A stretch of DNA of 52,863 nucleotides from Pseudomonadota bacterium (lineage in GTDB: Bacteria; Bdellovibrionota_B; Oligoflexia; Oligoflexales; CAIYRB01), in the NCBI GenBank assembly GCA_031416315.1, contig JANOTL010000019.1:1-52863 (forward strand). Direction: 5' to 3'. How positions within the stretch are numbered: position 1 is the first letter of the stretch; every line of letters begins with the position of its first letter. The position numbers and the translations under genes are program-made. This document shows, in pieces, positions 28,275-41,863 of this stretch. The notes beneath the pieces were generated by a model, which made no database searches, had not been told where the DNA came from, and saw only the letters and a program-made list of their open reading frames with translations.

Positions 28275-29096
28275 ATGAAAAAGTCTCTGGGCACACTGTA
28301 CACGATGGCCCTTCTGCTTGCGACCGCCGGCTGCACGGCGATCGGCCCGCATCCGTCGATGCTCGTGCTTTCGTCGGAGATCAAGGCCCAACCCCGCATC
28401 ACGCACCTGGTCGTCGTGCCGACCCTGGGCACCGGCTCCAACGACCCCGAAGAGCCTTTGAACCGTATCGTTCCCGCAGGTGCCTTCCAGCGCTATGGCG
28501 AGATCATCATCCTATCGCCAGCTTTGGGGGCCACGGTCGGCACGCTGGGCATGCCGGAGAACTCAGGCCCGCCGCTCGCTGCGAACTGGCAGCTCCGCTT
28601 TTACAAGCTGGTCAAGGCCGGCGCGGTAGCGAAAAAAGACGCCAAGATCGAAGTCCCCGAGGCGACGATGCGCGTCGCGCAGTCCGATATCCAAATAGGC
28701 AAGCTCGCCCGACTCCTCCGCCGCCGCGAGAAAGACCTCGACGCCCTCGGGGCCGCACTGAAGCGCTCGGACCCTGAAGAGCTGGTCAAGGCGGAGGAGC
28801 CGCATGCAAAAGGCCTCGCCGCGGTCGAGCAGCTCTTCCGCCACCTGACGCGCCGCCTCAAAGTCTCGCACGTCCTGACGAGCTGGGTCGACGGTGACGC
28901 CGAGGCTTTCCAGAAGAATCGCCCCGTCACGCTGCACGTCGCCTTGATCAACGTGCGAACCGGAATCTTCCGTTGGTACGCCAAGAGCTCGGGGCGCAAG
29001 GGCGACATCCCGGCGAACTACCGCGGCTTCCTCGGCATCATGACGAAGAACCTCTTCGAGGACATCGAACGGGTCGACGAGTTCGAGCCCGAATGA
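28275..29096 (+). CDS. hypothetical lipoprotein
   Basis: MKKSLGTLYTMALLLATAGC signal and lipobox; coding-like codon usage. Confidence 0.72.
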   Translation: MKKSLGTLYTMALLLATAGCTAIGPHPSMLVLSSEIKAQPRITHLVVVPTLGTGSNDPEEPLNRIVPAGAFQRYGEIIILSPALGATVGTLGMPENSGPPLAANWQLRFYKLVKAGAVAKKDAKIEVPEATMRVAQSDIQIGKLARLLRRREKDLDALGAALKRSDPEELVKAEEPHAKGLAAVEQLFRHLTRRLKVSHVLTSWVDGDAEAFQKNRPVTLHVALINVRTGIFRWYAKSSGRKGDIPANYRGFLGIMTKNLFEDIERVDEFEPE

Positions 29097-29130
29097 GGGC
29101 CCTTCCCGAGCACAGCCGAGTCGAGCGGCT

Positions 29131-30726
29131 CTACGGCTGCCGGATCTTCGCTTTTTTCTCGACGGCCTCGAGCCAGCCTTTCCACAGCTTCCGCTCGGGA
29201 TCCGCCTTTTTCGTGCCCTTGATCGCCTTCGCCAGCATCTTCTTCGCGCCTTCGGCGTCGCCCGTCTCGGCCATCGCCGCTGCTAAGGCCGCGAGCTGCG
29301 CCTTGCCTCTGCCCTGGCTCGCCTGGATTCCGAGCTTCGCGTAGCCCAAGGCGAGCTTGCCGTCGCGAAGCTTGTCCTCTTTCGTCGTCGCGAGGAATAC
29401 CGCCGCATCCGAGTACACGTCCTCCAGCGGCGGCGCCGAGCGCAGGTCGAGGTGAACGGTCGGATCCAGGTCCGCATCGCTCCCGAGGTCGAAGACGCGC
29501 TTCCAGGCGGCCGAAAGCTCAACGGCCCTCTTGAAGCCCGCCGCCGCCTCGTCAAACTTCCTAAGCTTGGCCGCCGTGCGCGCCATCCAGTAGACCGTCG
29601 GGGCGTGATTGCCGTCGAGCTGGGCTGCGCGCTCGAAGTCGACGTGCGCCGCGGGCGTCTTGCCGTCGTCGAAGGCCGCCTGGCCGCGCAAAAGCAGGAC
29701 CGGGATGCGCGCGTCCTTGCTCCGTCCGAAGGGCGCCTCGCCGATCGTCCGATAGGCCTCGGCGAAATCCTTGTCAGCCTGCGGCGCCTGCCGCAACGCG
29801 AGGCGCGCCACCGCCAGCCCTAGGACCGCCTTGGCGCGCCACGCGCTCATTGCGGGAATCTGCTTCAGCTGCTCGACCGCCTCGGCCGCGTCGCCCTCCA
29901 TCAGCTTCCGCATCGCGTCGGAGAAGCGCTCGCGCTTGGCGTCGATTACGTCGGCCTTAGACGACGCCTCGAACACGAGCGTTTCGCAGCCCTCCGTCTT
30001 GAAAAAGCCCGAGGTCCAGAGCTCGCCCTTCGCATACGGCGAGTTGTCCTCGGTGAGCTCGGCGCAGTCGCCCTTGGCGCCCCGCTCGTCGACGCTCACG
30101 CCCTTCAAATTGCCGTCGTGCTCGAAGACGAATGCTCCGTCGCAGCCGTCACCCGCGATGCCCATCCGTTTTTTGCCGTCGGGCTTCAGCGTCACCTCGC
30201 GCTGCATCGTCCAAGCCACAAAACAAGATTTTTTGAGCAGCTCGCCCGCCCCCTTGGCGAAGGCCGCGGCCGAGGCCGCGGTAAGGGCGGCGCAATGCTC
30301 TTCGACGAGCGCAATCAAGGCCGGAAAAGGCGCCTCGCCCGGGTCGACCACGGCGCGGTCCTTGTAGCCGTCGCAATAAGCCTCAAAATCCGGCTCGGCG
30401 GGCGCGGCCCGCAAGAGCCTACGCGTCGCGCCGAGGAAGCTCGGCACCAGGACGTCGACCGCCGGATCCTTCGGGCCGGAGAGCCGGATCAAGACACCGC
30501 GCGAGAAGTGGCAGTCGAGCCGCCCTTTCCCCGCCTTCGCCGTCACGCAGGCCTGGCCTAGGGCCTGGGCCTTGTCGGCGGTGACGTAGGTTTCGACGAT
30601 CCGGAGCTCGGCTCCGCCCGCGTCCTTCTGCATCGGCTCCGCCTGGCGCGAGAGCTCCTTGACGAACCCCGCCCTGGCGTCGACCAGTGCTCCGGCGGCC
30701 GTGACGAGGATCGTGAAGAGGGACAT
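29131..30726 (-). CDS. tetratricopeptide-repeat protein, probably exported
   Basis: Hydrophobic N-terminus; C-terminal TPR-like helices (LLRGQAAF, DFERAAQLD, FKRAVEL, LAAAMAETGD). Confidence 0.7.
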   Translation of the reverse strand: MSLFTILVTAAGALVDARAGFVKELSRQAEPMQKDAGGAELRIVETYVTADKAQALGQACVTAKAGKGRLDCHFSRGVLIRLSGPKDPAVDVLVPSFLGATRRLLRAAPAEPDFEAYCDGYKDRAVVDPGEAPFPALIALVEEHCAALTAASAAAFAKGAGELLKKSCFVAWTMQREVTLKPDGKKRMGIAGDGCDGAFVFEHDGNLKGVSVDERGAKGDCAELTEDNSPYAKGELWTSGFFKTEGCETLVFEASSKADVIDAKRERFSDAMRKLMEGDAAEAVEQLKQIPAMSAWRAKAVLGLAVARLALRQAPQADKDFAEAYRTIGEAPFGRSKDARIPVLLLRGQAAFDDGKTPAAHVDFERAAQLDGNHAPTVYWMARTAAKLRKFDEAAAGFKRAVELSAAWKRVFDLGSDADLDPTVHLDLRSAPPLEDVYSDAAVFLATTKEDKLRDGKLALGYAKLGIQASQGRGKAQLAALAAAMAETGDAEGAKKMLAKAIKGTKKADPERKLWKGWLEAVEKKAKIRQP

Positions 30727-30729
30727 CCG

Positions 30730-31645
30730 TCAGCTCCCAGCAGCAGGCTTTCTACGCAACAGGGATGCTATCACGGCCGCGACGAGGAGCCCGCCGATGA
30801 CGCAGAGCGTGACGGTCACGGGCACGTGATAATGGTGCTGCGCCGCGATTTTCACGCCGACGAAGATCAAAATCGCGGCCAGCGCGTACTTTAGATAGTG
30901 GAAATACTGCATCATGTGCGCCAGCGCGAAGAAGATGGACCTGAGGCCCAGAATGGCGAAGACGTTCGACGTGTAAACGATGAAGGGGTCGGTGGTGATC
31001 GCCAAGACGGCCGGGATCGAGTCGACGGCGAAGACCAGGTCCGACGCTTCGACCACGAGAAGCGTCAGGAAGAGCGGCGTGCCGTAGAGCTTGCCGTTCT
31101 CCCGCGTGAAGAAGCGGTCGCCGTCGTATCGCGGCGTGATCGGGAAGAGCTTCCGCGCGAACCGCACCATGCGCGATTCCATCAGGTCCTCGTCCGCATC
31201 GTCCCTTTTCAGGCCGGTCTTGATGCCACCCCAAATCAGGATCGCGCCGAAAACGTAGGAGAGCCAGCCGAAGCGCTGCAAGGCGACGACGCCGACGCCG
31301 ATGCACACGGCGCGCAGCGCCAAAGCGCCGATGATCCCCCAGAAGAGGACGCGGTGCTGCAAATGGCTCGGCGTCTTGAACGACGCGAAAATCAAGAGGA
31401 ATACGAAAAGGTTGTCGATCGAAAGCGACTGCTCGACGACCCAGGCGGTGAGGAAGGTGACCGCGGACTCTTGGCCCATGCGCCACCAGATGCCGCCGCA
31501 GAACGCCAGGGCCAAGCCGGCCCAGAAGCCGGTCCATGCCAAGGCCGACCGGAAGCTCGGAGTCTTGCCCTTCTTGTTCAGGATGCCGAGGTCGACGAAA
31601 AGACAGCCGGCGATCGTCACCACGAAGATGACGATCAGAGTAGTA

Positions 31646-31653
<8 letters not shown>
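30730..31653 (-). CDS. TerC/Alx family membrane protein
   Basis: [60 protein letters not shown] overlaps metH stop. Confidence 0.92.
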
Positions 31654-35442
<3,789 letters not shown>

Positions 35443-35446
<4 letters not shown>

Positions 35447-36066
35447 GATTGCCAGAGATCGTAGCCGAAGGTTCGTTCCAGGGCCATGGTGACGTCGGCG
35501 ATCGGCAGGCCGACCACGTTCGCATGCGAGCCCTTGATTTCCTGCACCATGTAGCTGCCGATGCCTTGAGCCGCGTAGCCGCCGGCTTTGTCGAGCGGCT
35601 CGCCCGTGGCGACATAGGCTTTCACCTCGCGCGCGGTGAGCGGCTTGATGCGCACCTCGGTCGCGGCGGTAAACTCGGTCTTCTGCGTCTTGGCGCCGCC
35701 GACGGCCTGCATCGTGACGCCCGTGATGACCGTGTGCGTCTTCCCGCCCAAACTGGCGACCATGCGCTCGGCGTGGGCGGCGTCGAGCGGCTTTTCCAGG
35801 ATCTCGCCCGCGAGGACGACGATCGTGTCGGCGCTGATGACGATCCAGCCGGCGGCCGGGGCGGGCCTTCGCGCGATCAGACGGTCTACGACCCACTGGG
35901 CTTTTTCCCGCGCGTTGCGAGCGGCGTAAGCGACGGGAGCCTCGCCCGGGCGCGGCTTCTCGAAGACGTCCGGCTTGATCACCTCGTACTTCAAGCGCAC
36001 GGTGTCGAGGAGGTCCTTGCGCCGCGGCGACGCGCTGCCGAGGACTAAAATCGGGCGTTCGCTCAC
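35443..36066 (-). CDS. maf: Maf/YhdE nucleoside-triphosphate pyrophosphatase
   Basis: [39 protein letters not shown]. Confidence 0.92.
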
Positions 36067-36746
36067 GCGAGCTCCTTCGGCGAAAGCAGCGCCGCGGCGA
36101 TCGCCGCACGCGGCAAGGCGCCTTCGCGAAGCACCTCGAACTCGCCCGACTCGAGGATGCGGACGACGGTCGAGGGCGCGACGGCGACGGTGCTACGCTC
36201 GCGGCCGGCCGGACGCCAGCTCGGCACGAAAGTGGACGTGCTTGCGCCGTTGGCCGCGACGAAGCTCACGGCTTCCTCCCAGCTCGCGCGCGGCGCTTCG
36301 CCAGCGGCGTTGACGCTCGTCGTCGGCAAAGGCGCGTCGAGCTCGCGCAGCGCCGCGAGGAGCCACTGCGCATGCCGCGGCAAAGCCGGCACGCGCAGGC
36401 CGATCGTGCCGTCTTCGGCGACGAGCGTCGCGGGCGCCGACGCGGAGGCGTACCAGACGATGCTGAGCGGCCCGGGCCAAAGCCGCTGCAGCGCGCGGAG
36501 CCAAACGGTCGGCAAGGGGGCGAAGAAGTGCTGTGCCTCGGCGATGCCGGCGACGAGCGCGAGGCAGGTCTTCTCCGGAGCGCGCCCTTTGAGGCCGAAG
36601 ACGGCGTGAAGGCCCGCCGGGAGACGCGGGTCGAAGGCGAGCCCGGGGAGCGTGTCGGTCGGGTGCAAGCAGGCGGCGCCGGAGCGCAAGGCGGAGACGA
36701 AGGCCCGCGCGAGCTCGAGGTCTTCGGCCATGGGAGACGGGCTCAT
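36063..36746 (-). CDS. tsaC: L-threonylcarbamoyladenylate synthase (TsaC/YrdC family)
   Basis: [39 protein letters not shown]. Confidence 0.8.
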   Translation of the reverse strand: MSPSPMAEDLELARAFVSALRSGAACLHPTDTLPGLAFDPRLPAGLHAVFGLKGRAPEKTCLALVAGIAEAQHFFAPLPTVWLRALQRLWPGPLSIVWYASASAPATLVAEDGTIGLRVPALPRHAQWLLAALRELDAPLPTTSVNAAGEAPRASWEEAVSFVAANGASTSTFVPSWRPAGRERSTVAVAPSTVVRILESGEFEVLREGALPRAAIAAALLSPKELA

Positions 36747-38170
36747 GCGAGGAAGCTCCCCTCTTCTTTCGCGGCGCGCAGCGCGATGTCCCTGCGGTAA
36801 TGCGCGCGCGGCCAATCGACGGCGATCTTCTCGACGAGGGCATAAGCCCGCTCACGCGCGAGGGCGAAGCTACGAGCCCGCACCGCGACGGTGAGGACGC
36901 GACCAGAAGCCGCGACGAGGCCGGATTTGGTGGGCAAGACAGAAGCCGCGAAAGCAACGGGTCGCCCAGCCCCGCCCCCATCCGCGCTCGCGCTCGCTCC
37001 CGCGCTCGTCGTCGTGTTCGTAGTCGTAGTCGTAGACGCCGTCAACGCACTCACCGCCCCCGTATACCCCGCAAAAATCTCCGCCGCGAAAACCTTCTCC
37101 CCCGGCGCATCCGTCCCAAACGGATACCCCGGCGAAGCCATCACCACGGCCACCGCTTTCTCGCCGTGCGCCACCGGACGCGTGGCCGCGGCGAGCGTCG
37201 CGGCGGGAATGGCGAGCCCCGCTTTCTGCGCCATCAGCGCGAGCCAATCGCGATCGTCGAAAACGGCCAGCACCTGCGCCTCCGGATCGCCGAGACGGAC
37301 GTTGAACTCGACCACCTTCGGCCCCTTCTCGCCCCACATCAAGCCGACGTAGAGGCATCCGACATAGTCGATGTTCGCAGCCGCGAGCGCCTGAAGCAAG
37401 GGCGCGACCACGGCTTTCTCCACCGTCTCGGCCGCGCCTTTCGGCAACCACTCGACCGGCGCGTAGCAGCCCATGCCGCCGGTGTTCGGACCGACGTCGC
37501 CGTCGCCGAGACGCTTGAAATCCACGGCGAAGCCCAAGGTCGTCGGCCCGCCGGCGCCCAAAAACGTGAAGAAGGAGCACTCCCGCCCGAGGAGCATCTC
37601 CTCGACGACGACGATCGCGGCCGCCCGGCTCATGTCGGAATGGTAGAGGTGGCGCAAGCCTTCCTCGACCTCGGCCGCCGTCTTGCAGACGAAGACGCCT
37701 TTGCCTGCGGCGAGCCCTGAGGCCTTCAGAACGGCGCCGCCGTCCTTATTCAACAGCGCGAGCGCCGCCTCGCGGCAGGAGGCCTCGCTCTCGGCCAGCG
37801 TGAACGCCGCGGTCGGTACGCCCGCCTTCCGCATCATCTCTTTCGCGAACGCCTTCGACGACTCGAGCGCCGCGCCGGCGCGCACCGGCCCGAAGACCGG
37901 GATGCGCTTTTTCCGCAGGGCGTCCGCGAGCCCTTGCTCGAGCGGTCCCTCTGGTCCACACACGACGAGATCGATGGTGAGCGCCGCCGCCGCTGTCGCG
38001 ACGTCGTCCACGGACGCATCGGCAGGCAAGTCGAGCGCGAGGCCCAAGCCGCACGCGAGCGCCGCGGGATTCGCGGGCCAAAGCCAGAGCTGCTCGGTGA
38101 GCGGTGACGCCGCCAATTTGACGGCCAGCGCGTGCTCGCGTGCGCCTTTTCCGACCAGCAGTACGTTCAT
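36743..38170 (-). CDS. purD: phosphoribosylamine-glycine ligase
   Basis: GKGAREHALA, GPEGPL, LESSKAFAK, KASGLAAGKGV, GPNTGGMG, EFNVRLGDPE, GRVL, YRRDIA. Confidence 0.94.
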   Translation of the reverse strand: MNVLLVGKGAREHALAVKLAASPLTEQLWLWPANPAALACGLGLALDLPADASVDDVATAAAALTIDLVVCGPEGPLEQGLADALRKKRIPVFGPVRAGAALESSKAFAKEMMRKAGVPTAAFTLAESEASCREAALALLNKDGGAVLKASGLAAGKGVFVCKTAAEVEEGLRHLYHSDMSRAAAIVVVEEMLLGRECSFFTFLGAGGPTTLGFAVDFKRLGDGDVGPNTGGMGCYAPVEWLPKGAAETVEKAVVAPLLQALAAANIDYVGCLYVGLMWGEKGPKVVEFNVRLGDPEAQVLAVFDDRDWLALMAQKAGLAIPAATLAAATRPVAHGEKAVAVVMASPGYPFGTDAPGEKVFAAEIFAGYTGAVSALTASTTTTTNTTTSAGASASADGGGAGRPVAFAASVLPTKSGLVAASGRVLTVAVRARSFALARERAYALVEKIAVDWPRAHYRRDIALRAAKEEGSFLA

Positions 38171-38319
38171 TGTAGATAGCCTCCGCAGAGGCTCACGCTT
38201 TTAGACGAAACGCCTTGAAATCGCCAACTAATTCGACCGCACGGCCTTTCCCCTTTAAGTCCGATGTCCGCGATACCGAAAGGAAATTCGTGCCTTTCCG
38301 CGACTTTGGAGGGTGTCCG

Positions 38320-39636
38320 ATGTCGAAGCTCAGCCTGGCGTTCGCTCTCACCGCGGGTCTCGCCCTCGCGGTCTCCGCCTGCAAAAATGAGCCGGATGGC
38401 GCCGCGGCCGGGCATGCCAAAGCGGTGAAACCCGCGGGTCCTTCTGGCGAAACGCCGATCGACCCGGCGACGACCGCCACTCCGGCCGTGCCCGCGGCCC
38501 CGGTCGCCCCCGGAACCTCACCGGCCCCTGCCGCCGGGACGACGCCTTCGCCTGGAACCTCCCCAACGGGCGCGGCTCCCAGCCCCGCCACCGGCGCCCT
38601 GAGCGCGCTCGAGCTCGAGGCATTCGCGCAGAGCGTCGACGACGCCGAAGCCAACCTCGGCGACGTCGAGTCGGAAGACGCGCCGCCAGCCGTCGCCGGC
38701 AACCTGCAAGTCGAAGGCGCCGGTCTCGTCGACAGCGGCCTCTTGCCGCTGCTCGGGAACGTGCATGGCCGGCTCGTGAGCTACACCGAGTTCAACAAGT
38801 CGATGCTCGCTTTCGTCGTCCGCGCCATCAAAGGCGCGAAGCCGCTGCTGAAGATCGCCGCCGCGGCCGGCGCCTCTTCCGGCTCCGTCGACCTCGGCGC
38901 CGCGCCGCTCTCCATCCTTTCGCGCCTCGATTACGAGATCGTCTCCGCCAAGGCCTTCAAGATCGTCGGCCATCGCGAAGGCGCGCCGATGTTCGCGCTC
39001 GAGGTCACCGACAAGACTTACGCCATCGTCATGAACGCCGCGAACCTGCCCTTGCGTTCCGAGGCCGAGGGCGTCAGCTACGCGATGACCCTCACGTTCG
39101 CCTCGAAGTCAGCGTGGACCTTAGACAGCCGTCGCACAGTCGTGAGCTGCGAAGCGGCGACGCCGGGCCTTCCCGACGCCAGCATCGGCCGGATCGTCCG
39201 CGACGGCGGCGTGTGGCGCGGCCGTTTCTCCAGCATCTACAAGCGGAAGCTCGAGAGCCTCGCCGGCACCGGCTGCAGCGAGGCCGCCGCCGATCGCGTC
39301 GCCTATTACACCGACTTCGTCGGTGACGCCTCGGGCACGACCATCGCGCTCTACATCGTGCCGGGCAACGCCGTCGTCGGGCACGATTTGTCGGCGTACA
39401 CCCTGTCGAAGGTGTGCACGAACTTCCCGGGTGCCTGCTCCGCCCTCTCGTTCGCCGACAAGGCCGTGATGACCGCTTTGGTCAAAAATCCAATTTGCCT
39501 GAAAAAGCAGGCTCTGCCCATGCTCGGCGCCGCCTGCGCCGGCGGCGACGCGGCGGTCACCAACGGCGACTTCGGCGCCGCCGCCGCGGCAAAGACGCCC
39601 TCAGAGCTCGAAGCGCTGGAGTCCCCGAGCCTCTGA
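38320..39636 (+). CDS. hypothetical lipoprotein with Pro/Ala/Thr-rich linker and Cys-containing domain
   Basis: GGAGGG RBS before ATG 38320; AVSAC lipobox; PAT-rich spacer. Confidence 0.75.
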   Translation: MSKLSLAFALTAGLALAVSACKNEPDGAAAGHAKAVKPAGPSGETPIDPATTATPAVPAAPVAPGTSPAPAAGTTPSPGTSPTGAAPSPATGALSALELEAFAQSVDDAEANLGDVESEDAPPAVAGNLQVEGAGLVDSGLLPLLGNVHGRLVSYTEFNKSMLAFVVRAIKGAKPLLKIAAAAGASSGSVDLGAAPLSILSRLDYEIVSAKAFKIVGHREGAPMFALEVTDKTYAIVMNAANLPLRSEAEGVSYAMTLTFASKSAWTLDSRRTVVSCEAATPGLPDASIGRIVRDGGVWRGRFSSIYKRKLESLAGTGCSEAAADRVAYYTDFVGDASGTTIALYIVPGNAVVGHDLSAYTLSKVCTNFPGACSALSFADKAVMTALVKNPICLKKQALPMLGAACAGGDAAVTNGDFGAAAAAKTPSELEALESPSL

Positions 39637-39639
39637 AGC

Positions 39640-40665
39640 GTGATATCATCGAAGGGACCCACCCTCCGCAGAGTCCCCTCCTTGAATTTCCCGGCGCAGA
39701 AAAAGAGCTCGTGGCCACGCCAAACGGCGATCGTCGTCAGCGACTCGCCGAACGTGCACATGCTTTTGCGCGAGCTTCTGCGGAGCTACAACTGGACGGT
39801 CATTGACGCGACCGCGTCGATCGACCGCGCCGTCTCTGCCCTGCGCGGCGGCCAGGCGTTCCTCGTCATCACCGACGACACGATCGCTTTGCCGGTCGTC
39901 CGCCACGTGCGCCATCTGCTCTCCGATCCGATCGCCATCTGCACGCCGGTGCTCTCCTTCCTCCTCGAGACGCACAAATCGGAGACGGCCGCGCTGTCGC
40001 GCCTCGGCCGCCCGCAGATCGTCGACAAGCCGCTGACGCCCTCGAAATTCGTCCCGGGCTTCGTCCAACTCGTGCGCAACTGGGAGCGTGAGCCGCTCGC
40101 GGCCCTCCGCCGCGCCAACTACCAGTTCCTGAACGGCAACGACGCCGTCGGCCTGCGGGCGCTCTTCAAGCTCCTCGAGGAGGAGGCGACGCAGCCCTTC
40201 GCCGCACAAGCGCTGGCGGTGCATCTGCGCCGCTTGGGCAAAGTGAAGGAAGCGGAAGCGATTCTCCTCGCCACGTTGAAGAAAGCGCCGCGGGACCTCG
40301 GCACGATGACGGCCCTTGCCGACCTCTACATGCACGCCGCCATGCCGAAACTCTCGCACCGGCTCCTCGCCGGCGCGCGCCAGGCGTACAACCAGTCGCA
40401 CGTGATGATGCCGGATCTTGTGCAGTCGGCCCTCCTCATGGGCGACGTCGACGACGCGATCGGCAATCTCTACATCATGCTGCGCGGGGGCTACATGGAG
40501 GAGGAGGTGGCCGGCTTCCTGGCGCGGCTCCTCTTCGCCGAGGGGCGGGAGGCCGAGGCCGAGCGCGTCCTCAACACCAACCGCGGCCTCTTGAAGAAGA
40601 TCCAGTCGGCCTGGGCCTCCGCCGACGCCTCGTCGCAAAATGCGGCGCCGGCCGCGGCCTCGTGA
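39640..40665 (+). CDS. atypical receiver-like domain plus TPR-like helices
   Basis: IVVSDS, LVITDD, IVDKPLTP receiver-like pattern; C-terminal GKVKEAEAIL...LADLY helices. Confidence 0.6.
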   Translation: MISSKGPTLRRVPSLNFPAQKKSSWPRQTAIVVSDSPNVHMLLRELLRSYNWTVIDATASIDRAVSALRGGQAFLVITDDTIALPVVRHVRHLLSDPIAICTPVLSFLLETHKSETAALSRLGRPQIVDKPLTPSKFVPGFVQLVRNWEREPLAALRRANYQFLNGNDAVGLRALFKLLEEEATQPFAAQALAVHLRRLGKVKEAEAILLATLKKAPRDLGTMTALADLYMHAAMPKLSHRLLAGARQAYNQSHVMMPDLVQSALLMGDVDDAIGNLYIMLRGGYMEEEVAGFLARLLFAEGREAEAERVLNTNRGLLKKIQSAWASADASSQNAAPAAAS

Positions 40666-40673
40666 GGCCCTAA

Positions 40674-41729
40674 ATGCGAGACTACCTGAGCTATTGGGGC
40701 GTGAGCGAGCCGGTGTTCGCGCGCCGCGTGCCGGTCGAATCTCTCTACCTGCCGCACCACCTCACGCGGAAGCTCGAGCGCCTCAAGCTCGCCGTCGAGC
40801 AACGCCAGCCGCTCGTGGCCCTTGTCGGCGACGCCGGGACGGGCAAGAGCACGGCCTTGCGTTGGCTCTACCAGGCGCTCGACACCGCGACGCACGACGT
40901 GCTGCTGACCAGCCTCGTACGCCGCGAGACGGGCGCCGGCTGGCTCGCGCCGCGCCTCGCCGAATTTCTCGGCGTGAGCGCCGCGGGGCGAGCCGAGAGC
41001 GATTTGATCCGCGCCACCGCCGCGCGCCTCGACGAGCTGATCGCGGAAAAACGCTCGCTCGTCGTCGCCGTCGATGCGGCGCACTTCGCCTCGGTGCCTT
41101 CGGCGCTCGAGGAGATCGCGGCCTTCCTTAACCTCACCGGGCTCGCCGGGCGCTGCCTCTCTTTCGTCCTCGCCGGCTTGGACCCGCTGCTCGACACGCT
41201 GGCCGCGACGCCCGAGCTGGAGAGCAAGCTCGCGCTTCACACCGCGCTCTCCCCTTTGACGCGCGATGAGACGAAGTCCTATCTTGAGCACCGGCTCACC
41301 CTCGCCGGCGTCAAGGCCGCGTTCGACGACGCCGCCGTCGACTTCCTGCACCTCCGCACGCGGGGCGTCATGGCGACGGTCGACGTCGTCGCCGAGAACG
41401 CGCTCGTCGAAGCCTTTCAAAAGAACGTGCGCCGCATCAGCCCGGAGCTGGCGAAAGCCGCGTTGCCGCACGGCGCCGCGCACGCGCCCGAGCCTTCGGC
41501 CGGGCTGCGTCCCTTCGCCCGTACCGCCGTACTCGCCGAAGATGAAGGCGAGCGTCCCGCAAGCATGACGCGCCTCGCATCCGGCGCACCGCCCCCCACT
41601 CCCGATCGCGCCGCATCCCTCGCGGCACCCGAGTCCGAAGACCGGACGGAGGGCAAAGCCGCGAAGGAATCTTCTTCCATCAAGCTGGCCTCCTTGTTCA
41701 AGTCGGACACGGCGAAAACCAAACCCTGA
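40674..41729 (+). CDS. ExeA/GspA-like AAA ATPase with degenerate Walker B
   Basis: YLSYWG...PVF start, GDAGTGKS, VVAVDAAH, LSPLTRDETKSYLEHRL, TRGV. Confidence 0.82.
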   Translation: MRDYLSYWGVSEPVFARRVPVESLYLPHHLTRKLERLKLAVEQRQPLVALVGDAGTGKSTALRWLYQALDTATHDVLLTSLVRRETGAGWLAPRLAEFLGVSAAGRAESDLIRATAARLDELIAEKRSLVVAVDAAHFASVPSALEEIAAFLNLTGLAGRCLSFVLAGLDPLLDTLAATPELESKLALHTALSPLTRDETKSYLEHRLTLAGVKAAFDDAAVDFLHLRTRGVMATVDVVAENALVEAFQKNVRRISPELAKAALPHGAAHAPEPSAGLRPFARTAVLAEDEGERPASMTRLASGAPPPTPDRAASLAAPESEDRTEGKAAKESSSIKLASLFKSDTAKTKP

Positions 41730-41863
41730 GCGAACTGCCGGCGCGCACACGAGCCATTGACGGACGGCTAAGCAAGGACAACAGCCGTCCACCCTACGCC
41801 CCGCGTCGGATGCGGCGCCCCGGGTAGCCGCCTACTGACCTTACTTAGCACACGAGCAATGAC

